The notes under the pieces: generated by a model
What the model was told of the DNA's origin: nothing
Seen by the model: only the letters and a program-made list of their open reading frames with translations
Database searches by the model: none
Translations under genes and position numbers: made by a program
Source of the DNA: Patescibacteria group bacterium
Lineage (GTDB): Bacteria > Patescibacteriota > Minisyncoccia > UBA6257 > GWB1-50-10
DNA length: 34,938 nucleotides
NCBI GenBank assembly: GCA_038061335.1
Contig: JBBTZM010000005.1
Location: 1-34,938, forward strand
Direction: 5' to 3'
Part shown: positions 7,546 through 14,229 of the stretch, piece by piece
Position numbering within the stretch: the first letter of the stretch is position 1
Layout of the letters: each line of letters opens with the position of its first letter

Positions 7546-9413
7546 TGAATATTCGGAACTTTTGCATCATTGCCCACATTGACCACGGCAAGTCCACGCT
7601 CGCGGACCGGTTTTTGGAACTTACGAATACCGTGGAGAAACGGAAAATGAAGGCCCAGCTTTTGGACCAGATGGAGCTTGAGCGCGAGCGGGGAATCACG
7701 ATTAAAATGGCCCCTGTGAGAATGATGTATCATTCTCACAGGGGCCATCCTGAGCGAAGCGAAGGATCCAGAGATCCTTCAGCAAGGCTTCAGGATGACG
7801 AAAAAAATCAAAAATTTGTTTTGAATTTGATAGACACTCCCGGCCACAGCGATTTTTCGTACGAAGTTTCCCGCGCCTTGCACGCGGTTGAGGGCGCTAT
7901 CCTTTTAGTGGACGCGACCCAGGGCATTCAGGCCCAGACCCTCGCGAACTTGCGCGCGGCCGAGGCCGCGGGCCTTACCATCATAGGGGCTCTAAACAAG
8001 GTGGACCTGAACCCCCCGGGAATGGACGACTTGACTTTGGAGCTCGCGGAACTCATTCACGCGGAGCCGGATGAAATTCACCGCGTTTCCGGAAAAACGG
8101 GGCAGGGCGTGGAACAACTTTTACAGGCGGTGGTAGAAAAGATCCCGCCTCCGTCAATCCGCGTCAATCCGCGTAATAATCCGCGTGAGTCCGCGATGCC
8201 CGCGAGGGCATTGGTTTTCGATTCTTTCTACGACAACCACAAGGGCATTGTGGCCTCGGTGCGGGTGATGAATGGCATATTTTTAGGAGGCAAGGAAACC
8301 ATATTTGTGGCAACGGAACGAAAGTGGAAGCCAAAGGAAATCGGTATATTTGCGCCTCAATGTACGCCAAAAGAAACGTTAGAGGAAGGAGAAATAGGGT
8401 ATATCGCGACCGGAGTAAAAGATGTGGAAGACATCAAGATCGGAGATACCGCAATCCAAGGAGTTCGCGAGCCGGATATGTCGCTCCTCCTCGCTGGCTA
8501 CAAAGAGCCAAGCCCCGTGGTCTTTATTTCGTTTTATCCGGAAGACGCGGACGAGCACGAGGAACTCGGTAAGGCGCTCCAGAAACTTCGTTTAACGGAT
8601 TCGGCAATGACTATAGAGCCGGATGCAAACGAGGTTTTGGGGCGCGGCTTCAAGGTTGGGTTTTTAGGGAGTTTGCATTTTGAAATTATCGCCGAGCGCC
8701 TGAAGCGGGAATTTGACATCGGGGTTTCGACGACCTTTCCTTCGGTTGCGTATCGCGTGAAAATAAAAGGAGAATGGAGCGTGATTACGAACCCCATGGA
8801 CCTGCCCCCGGACGCCGAAATAGTAGAAGAGCCAATCGTGCGGGTGGAGATTTTAATTCCGGAGACGCACGTCAATAGTTTTTTCGGATTTCAGGAGCAT
8901 TTCCGATTTGGAGCAATCGAAACCGAAACACAAGGGAAAAGAATGCTCATTCGCGCCATGATGCCCCTTTCTGAACTCATGAGCGACTTTGACGACAAAT
9001 TGAAATCCGCGACGCAAGGATATGCCTCTTTTAGTTATGAGGTTGCGGGATACGAGCGGGCCGACATGGTACGGGTGGATTTTTTGGTAGCCGGAGCGAT
9101 TATCCCGGGCATGAGCCGCCTCTTCCACAAAAGCACTTTTGAGAAGGAAGCGCGGAAAACCGTGGAGCGGCTAAAAGAACTCTTGTCTCGCCAGCAGTTT
9201 GCTCAGGCCATCCAGGCGAGCGCCTTGGGGCGGATTATCGCGCGCGAGAACATTCCGGCGCTTAGTAAAAATGTCACCGGACACCTGTATGGAGGGGACA
9301 GGACGAGAAAGATGAAACTCTGGAAAAAACAGAAAAGAGGCAAGGAGAAGCTGAAAGAACGGGCGCACGTGGAAATCACGCCGGAGGTGTTTCGTGAGCT
9401 CTTAAAAAAATAA
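7545..9413 (+). CDS. lepA: elongation factor 4 (LepA) carrying an in-frame 21-codon insertion
   Basis: AHIDHGKST (G1), DTPGH (G3), NKVD (G4) and a full-length LepA C-terminal domain. The TAATG start overlaps the stop of the upstream gene. Confidence 0.95.
   Translation: MNIRNFCIIAHIDHGKSTLADRFLELTNTVEKRKMKAQLLDQMELERERGITIKMAPVRMMYHSHRGHPERSEGSRDPSARLQDDEKNQKFVLNLIDTPGHSDFSYEVSRALHAVEGAILLVDATQGIQAQTLANLRAAEAAGLTIIGALNKVDLNPPGMDDLTLELAELIHAEPDEIHRVSGKTGQGVEQLLQAVVEKIPPPSIRVNPRNNPRESAMPARALVFDSFYDNHKGIVASVRVMNGIFLGGKETIFVATERKWKPKEIGIFAPQCTPKETLEEGEIGYIATGVKDVEDIKIGDTAIQGVREPDMSLLLAGYKEPSPVVFISFYPEDADEHEELGKALQKLRLTDSAMTIEPDANEVLGRGFKVGFLGSLHFEIIAERLKREFDIGVSTTFPSVAYRVKIKGEWSVITNPMDLPPDAEIVEEPIVRVEILIPETHVNSFFGFQEHFRFGAIETETQGKRMLIRAMMPLSELMSDFDDKLKSATQGYASFSYEVAGYERADMVRVDFLVAGAIIPGMSRLFHKSTFEKEARKTVERLKELLSRQQFAQAIQASALGRIIARENIPALSKNVTGHLYGGDRTRKMKLWKKQKRGKEKLKERAHVEITPEVFRELLKK
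7729..7797 (+). repeat. in-frame palindromic insertion inside lepA (two hairpins)
   Basis: 7729-7747 is the exact reverse complement of 7708-7726. 7746-7797 is an imperfect palindrome (catcctga...gaaggatc caga gatccttc...tcaggatg). It encodes HSHRGHPERSEGSRDPSARLQ between the G2 and G3 motifs. Confidence 0.8.
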
Positions 9414-9416
9414 TGG

Positions 9417-9437
9417 GCGGGATATCGAATATCCCGC
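9417..9437 (+). terminator. hairpin after lepA (no U-tract)
   Basis: gcgggatat-cga-atatcccgc, a 9-bp stem, 4 nt after the lepA stop. Confidence 0.4.
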
Positions 9438-9502
9438 AGGCCACTGGGCTCTGAAATCATCAAGACCGAAGAAATGTCCGATATCCAACATAGCGCTACG
9501 AT

Positions 9503-9540
9503 GTCCTCAAACTATCTGCATATGTGGATGGTTTGAGGAC
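9503..9540 (+). repeat. 38-nt hairpin element, copy 1
   Basis: gtcctcaaac-N18-gtttgaggac. Its reverse complement matches 21986-22023 at 36 of 38 positions. Confidence 0.85.
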
Positions 9541-9598
9541 AAGACAATGCCCTCTCCATCTCCTTTCTTTTTTTTATTTTCTTGCATATAATTCGAAT

Positions 9599-9877
9599 AT
9601 GTCCCTCTGGAAAGTCCTTATTGTTGCTTTGATTATGTTCCTCGTCGGAGCAGGCCTTCTGAACCTGTGGAAAGAAAAAAAGGACTTAAAAAAAGAAAGC
9701 GAAAAATTGCGGGCAGAACTTTCCGGCCTTGTCGAAGACAATAAAAAATTGGAGGAGGAAGTGAAGTATTTTGAGGATGAGGAAAACCTCTTGAAAGAGG
9801 CAAAGTCCCAGTTCAATTACCGCGCTCCGGACGAAAAATTGTTTATTATCGTGCCGGAAGCGTCAAGTACGGAGTGA
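9599..9877 (+). CDS. FtsB/DivIC-like septum formation initiator (putative)
   Basis: Start chosen at MSLWKVLIVALIMFLVGAGLL (TM segment), followed by a charged coiled coil. TATAAT at 9587-9592 sits 6 nt before the ATG. The ORF-track start at 9524 is unlikely. Confidence 0.5.
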   Translation: MSLWKVLIVALIMFLVGAGLLNLWKEKKDLKKESEKLRAELSGLVEDNKKLEEEVKYFEDEENLLKEAKSQFNYRAPDEKLFIIVPEASSTE

Positions 9878-9883
9878 GCGAAA

Positions 9884-9954
9884 GCGAGTATGGTCTAGTG
9901 GTATGACACGAGCTTCCCAAGCTCGGAACGCGGGTTCGATCCCCGCTACTCGCA
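9884..9954 (+). tRNA. tRNA-Gly (anticodon CCC)
   Basis: Hand-folded cloverleaf: acceptor gcgagta/tactcgc, 3-bp D stem, anticodon stem cgagc/gctcg with loop ttCCCaa, T arm gcggg-ttcgatc-cccgc, discriminator a. No encoded CCA. Confidence 0.9.
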
Positions 9955-10052
9955 CAGAAGTCACCTTCGAGGCGTGGAAGAACGGAAAAGTATATTACGA
10001 CATTGCAGACATCCAGATATTGGGTTTGAAAATGGTATACTAAATTAACCCT

Positions 10053-11000
10053 ATGGCAATTCCCGCAATCGTATTTATCGTAAGCGCGCTTATCCTCGCG
10101 AAATCCGCGGACTATTTTACGGACGCGGCCGCGAAAATTGGCAGAGTCCTCGGCGCTCCGCCCTTCATTATCGGGGTGACGGTGGTTGCCCTCGGGACCT
10201 CCCTCCCGGAACTCGTATCGTCCATTGTGGCGGTAACAAGCGGCGCCTCGGAGATAGTGGCCGGCAACATCATTGGCGCGAATATCGCGAACATCTTTTT
10301 TATTCTGGGCATTATCGTGATTCTCGGGAGAAAGGTAAAAATTGATTACGATATCATAAGCGTTGACCTGCCGTTTCTTCTCGGTTCCGCGCTTCTTCTT
10401 ACTTTCGCGGTTTGGGATGGGAAATTTACTTGGACCGAGGGAGCGCTCTTTCTCGTGGGAATTGTAATCTATCTCGCCTATACCGTGTACGCGGAAAAGA
10501 ACCCAAAGGACACAAGAATAGAAAAACAAATTAAAAAAGGGAGGAAGAAAAAACTTGAGGCGCAAACAGCTCTAAAATTTTTTGGCGGAGGGATCGGCAT
10601 TTATATCGGCGCGACTTCTCTCGTGGGCTCGGTGGTACAACTTGGTGAGGTCCTCGACATAGGGACCGGAATTATCGCAATGACCGCAGTCGCTCTCGGT
10701 ACGACCCTGCCGGAACTTTTTGTGAGCATTGTCGCCGTCCGAAAAGGAAATCCCGAAATCGCGATAGGAAACATCCTTGGCTCAAACATCTTCAATTCGC
10801 TGGGCATTATCGGTGTTGCTTCTCTTTTCGGGAGTATCGCGGTGCCTGCTTCCGTGCTCATGTTCGGAATCCCGATGCTCCTTGCGGGAACCTTTCTCTT
10901 TATTTTCATCACCGAAGACAGGGAAATCACTGCGTGGGAGGGCTGGCTTCTTTTGGTGTTCTATGTCTTCTTTTTGGGTAAGACCCTTGGTATTATGTAG
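10053..11000 (+). CDS. Ca2+/Na+ antiporter (CaCA, YrbG-type)
   Basis: Two alpha-repeats: GTSLPELVSS...GNIIGANIANIF and GTTLPELFVS...GNILGSNIFNSL. Polytopic membrane protein. Confidence 0.85.
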   Translation: MAIPAIVFIVSALILAKSADYFTDAAAKIGRVLGAPPFIIGVTVVALGTSLPELVSSIVAVTSGASEIVAGNIIGANIANIFFILGIIVILGRKVKIDYDIISVDLPFLLGSALLLTFAVWDGKFTWTEGALFLVGIVIYLAYTVYAEKNPKDTRIEKQIKKGRKKKLEAQTALKFFGGGIGIYIGATSLVGSVVQLGEVLDIGTGIIAMTAVALGTTLPELFVSIVAVRKGNPEIAIGNILGSNIFNSLGIIGVASLFGSIAVPASVLMFGIPMLLAGTFLFIFITEDREITAWEGWLLLVFYVFFLGKTLGIM

Positions 11001-11003
11001 GGG

Positions 11004-11510
11004 ATGTCCATCCTTCCTCATATACTCATAACAACTGCCGGAGTCCACGCCCTGGGTCTCGAGGGAAATGATGTCCTCCTTGCGTATATCTTTGGCGTAG
11101 CGCAGGACCTTGACCACCTTATAAAAGTTCCTTTGTACGGCAGGAAATTTCGGAACAAAGAATACGCGATATCCGAAGGCAGGCCTCATATCGTAAAAAA
11201 AGTTGAATCCAAGGAGCACACATACGAAGTGCTGGGTTTGGGAATCAAGCGCTACTATACGTGGAGAACTCCGCTTCAGGAGCCGATTGCCCTTCTTTGG
11301 GTCATACCCCTTTCTTTTTATGTAGGGAGCGCGATTCCCGTCGTATTTTTCCTTCTCCATCTCTTTCTCGACTATCTCGCGGATTATCCCAAGTTTCCTC
11401 TTTTTCCTTTTTCGTTTCATTCGACAACCGGCCCCTTAACCGGAAGCCGGATAGGTCTTAAAGAAATGGCAATTAATCTCGTGTCTTTATGTATAATCTT
11501 TCTGAATTAA
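11004..11510 (+). CDS. hypothetical membrane protein (possibly a DUF457/YdjM-like hydrolase)
   Basis: Hydrophobic segments with His/Asp-rich motifs (DLDHL, HLFLDYLAD). The family assignment is weak. Confidence 0.4.
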   Translation: MSILPHILITTAGVHALGLEGNDVLLAYIFGVAQDLDHLIKVPLYGRKFRNKEYAISEGRPHIVKKVESKEHTYEVLGLGIKRYYTWRTPLQEPIALLWVIPLSFYVGSAIPVVFFLLHLFLDYLADYPKFPLFPFSFHSTTGPLTGSRIGLKEMAINLVSLCIIFLN

Positions 11511-12040
11511 GAAGAAAAAAAGACAACGTGATGCGTCCGTTTGCCGCGTGGGCGCATGAGGGCTTGGGCATCACTCCGAAGCAGGCCTCGCTTTTCTCGT
11601 TTTGCCTTGGTACCGGAGCCGTGGTCGCGATTTTCGGAGGGCAGGTGGGTATTGCTCTCCTCTTTCTCGTATTCACCATGCTCGTTGACGGCCTTGATGG
11701 GACCATAGCGCGAGAATATGCCTTTCAGTCAAAAAACGGCAAATGGCTCGATATGGGTCTTGATGCCGTAAACGAAATCATGCTCTTTTTCGCGCTTGCC
11801 TTCACAGGATACGCGGAGTTCAAAACCGCTGTTCTTGCAAGCTTCGCCGTGGTCCTTATCCGGACGATTCGGGATACATCCGGATTTGACCCCGGATTGA
11901 AGCGCGTCGTGCTATTTTTCGGATACTTCACTTCCTTTGAACTCGCGCTCCAGATTATCTTCTTCGCGAACATCGCGGGCTTTGCCATAGGAACCGTGAT
12001 TACGGATTACAAATATCAAAAAAATATAGATAAAACATGA
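11489..12040 (+). CDS. CDP-alcohol phosphatidyltransferase family protein
   Basis: DGLDGTIAR-X8-G-X3-D-X3-D-type signature (VDGLDGTIAREYAFQSKNGKWLDMGLDAVNE). An alternative start lies at 11531. Confidence 0.75.
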   Translation: MYNLSELRRKKDNVMRPFAAWAHEGLGITPKQASLFSFCLGTGAVVAIFGGQVGIALLFLVFTMLVDGLDGTIAREYAFQSKNGKWLDMGLDAVNEIMLFFALAFTGYAEFKTAVLASFAVVLIRTIRDTSGFDPGLKRVVLFFGYFTSFELALQIIFFANIAGFAIGTVITDYKYQKNIDKT

Positions 12041-14112
12041 GGGAACTCACTGAACTCTTTTGGATGTTTCTTCCCGCGGGCGCGGCAAATATCTCTCCTT
12101 TGCGCGGCGGGCGGAGTGGCGCATATTTTGGTACAATTAGGGGGCTACGCGCTTCACATGAAAAAAACTCCCATATGAATCCTTTTCGCCGAATATTTGT
12201 TTTTTTTGTCATAGCCGTTCTTTTTTTGGGAGGAGGGGCTATTGCCCGCGCGCACGAGGGGGGCGTCGAAGAAGATGGTGGGGAGAACTTGGTTCTTGAA
12301 TGGGTGAATTTTACGAAAGAAGGCATTGTGGCGAGCGCGCGAAACGAGGCGAGAACGCTTCAGAGAGAAGAGGGAGAAGTTGTTTTTGAGTGGCTTCGCT
12401 GCGAGAAGGGCGCGTGTTCAACGGTTGCCGCGCCGTATGAATGGAAAAATGAGGAGCCCTGGCAAAAAGGCGAGAGGCGCGTTGTGGATTCACGAGACGT
12501 CGAGGGCCTGAGGGCCTGGGTTCTTAGCCAGCCGTTTGGCGTAAGCCGCGTACGGGTTTTGCTCGACCCCGGAGGCGCTATCGCGGAGTCGAGCGAGAGT
12601 GACAACGCGTGGGAAGAGCGTCCCATAAGCCCGAAAACATCCGGCAAGGCGCTCGCGGCCCGCGACGCGCTCCTTCAAAAAATTGAGGGAGAGACGCCAG
12701 AAGTTCTTCCCGGGAGCGGGCTGTATATGTTTAAGAGTATCTGGAGAGAAATGAACGTATTCTTTGTATTTTTTGATAAAGAAAAGAGGGCCGAAAAAAG
12801 GTTGGCGCGGGCGAAGGAGCGTTTTTTGGAGATTGAGGCGCTTGTCGCGGAGAAAAAATATGAACACGTGGCAAAAACCATGTATCGTATGATGGAAGAT
12901 TTTGAAAAGGCAAAGCGCGCCGCAGGGAAACAAGAACTCGCGGAAAGAGTGAAAGGCGCCCTATCGCTTGAAGATGTAGAAACGAATGCCCCGCTTCAGT
13001 ACGCGTGGGAAATCCATGAGGCGAGGAAGGGGCTTTTGGTGGGAATTTCGCGGCGTCTTTTCGAGTTGCGGGAGGATGAATACATATTTGAGATACTTCA
13101 CGACGGAGTGAGAAAGAGAAGCGCGGGGCCTTTTGCCCTACTTCGCGGTTTGAAGTTTTTGGGGAATGTTCAACAATATTATCCGGGAGGAGAAAGCGAG
13201 GAGATACAAACGCTGGAGCGGGAGCTTATAGAAGAGTTTGAACTCCGGCTTGCGTATCTGCCGGAAGACATACGGCAAGAGACGGCTTCATATATTACGC
13301 ATATCGCAAACGACGAAGAGTCCGCGACTCGTTTTCTACAAAGAATCGCGCTCCTTGAAGATACAGAAGGCAAGGGCATTGAAGCGGCAAGGCGCGCGCT
13401 TCGGGATGCCGAGTCCGAAATCCGCGGAGAATTAAAAGAGAAGCTCGAAGAAAAAACAAAAGAAGAGGAACGCGCGAGAACAGAGGCGGCGGTAAGGGAA
13501 AAAATGGAGAGGAAGGGCGAGGAGGGCATGATTATCGAGAGTCCGAAAGAAAAAGAAGAGGAAAAAATTCCGGAAGAGGCCCTTTGTTCCGAACACATTC
13601 TTCCCGTGTGCGGGGCGGATGACGTGACGTATGAAAACGAGTGTATGGCGAAAAAGAAGGGAGTGAAAATTTGGAAGGAAGGCGTGTGCGAACTCGCGCT
13701 TCCGGACCTTTTGATTTTTCAGGCGGAACTAACCCCCAAAGAGCCGAAGAGCGGGGACTGGCTTGGAATTCAGGCCTTTATAACAAACAACGGGGGAACC
13801 GCCCAAAAACTTTTTCGAAACCGTTTGCGGATTGACGCGGACATCAATGGATTTTTTGACGCGCTTCCGAATGATGTTTCTTTGAATCTGCTTCGGACAA
13901 GTTCTTCCGAGCGGATTTGGTGGGAGAAGGCCTGGCAGACGGTAGAGGGAGTGCATCGCCTGGAGCTTTGCGCCGATTCCGGAAGAGCGGTTGAGGAATC
14001 GAATGAGGGAAATAATTGTACGATTCTCGCCTTTCCCGTGGGGCCGGCGCCTACTTCCACGCTCGAGGCAAGCACGAGCACGAGCGCAAATGCAAGCACA
14101 AGTATTCCTTAG
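12037..14112 (+). CDS. large secreted/anchored protein with a Kazal-type domain and CARDB-like ends
   Basis: C-X7-C-X6-Y-X3-C Kazal spacing in CSEHILPVCGADDVTYENECMAKKKGVKIWKEGVC. CARDB-like endings (DPGGAIAESSESDNAWE, DSGRAVEESNEGNNCT). A signal/TM-like segment follows the alternative start at 12175. The ATGA overlap with the upstream stop supports 12037. Confidence 0.7.
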   Translation: MRELTELFWMFLPAGAANISPLRGGRSGAYFGTIRGLRASHEKNSHMNPFRRIFVFFVIAVLFLGGGAIARAHEGGVEEDGGENLVLEWVNFTKEGIVASARNEARTLQREEGEVVFEWLRCEKGACSTVAAPYEWKNEEPWQKGERRVVDSRDVEGLRAWVLSQPFGVSRVRVLLDPGGAIAESSESDNAWEERPISPKTSGKALAARDALLQKIEGETPEVLPGSGLYMFKSIWREMNVFFVFFDKEKRAEKRLARAKERFLEIEALVAEKKYEHVAKTMYRMMEDFEKAKRAAGKQELAERVKGALSLEDVETNAPLQYAWEIHEARKGLLVGISRRLFELREDEYIFEILHDGVRKRSAGPFALLRGLKFLGNVQQYYPGGESEEIQTLERELIEEFELRLAYLPEDIRQETASYITHIANDEESATRFLQRIALLEDTEGKGIEAARRALRDAESEIRGELKEKLEEKTKEEERARTEAAVREKMERKGEEGMIIESPKEKEEEKIPEEALCSEHILPVCGADDVTYENECMAKKKGVKIWKEGVCELALPDLLIFQAELTPKEPKSGDWLGIQAFITNNGGTAQKLFRNRLRIDADINGFFDALPNDVSLNLLRTSSSERIWWEKAWQTVEGVHRLELCADSGRAVEESNEGNNCTILAFPVGPAPTSTLEASTSTSANASTSIP

Positions 14113-14152
14113 TAACAAATTGGTACAATATCAGTAAAAAATCAGTAAAAAT

Positions 14153-14198
14153 AAAAAATGTCAGTTTACAAGCGGCCGCTTGTAAACTGACATTTTTT
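14153..14198. terminator. perfect 22-bp bidirectional intrinsic terminator
   Basis: aaaaaatgtcagtttacaagcg/cgcttgtaaactgacatttttt, with an A-run and a T-run on either side. Confidence 0.8.
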
Positions 14199-14229
14199 CA
14201 GAGAGGGGAAAAAGAGGTATAGTGGAAGC

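Noticed and set aside
7708-7797. Intein or self-splicing intron in lepA
   Set aside because: The insert is only 63-69 nt, in frame, without intein blocks or group I/II intron structure. It is a pair of simple palindromes.
9846-10565. The 239-aa minus-strand ORF spanning tRNA-Gly and the antiporter 5' end
   Set aside because: It overlaps a well-folded tRNA and a CaCA antiporter with clear alpha-repeat motifs on the plus strand, and it has no recognisable domain.
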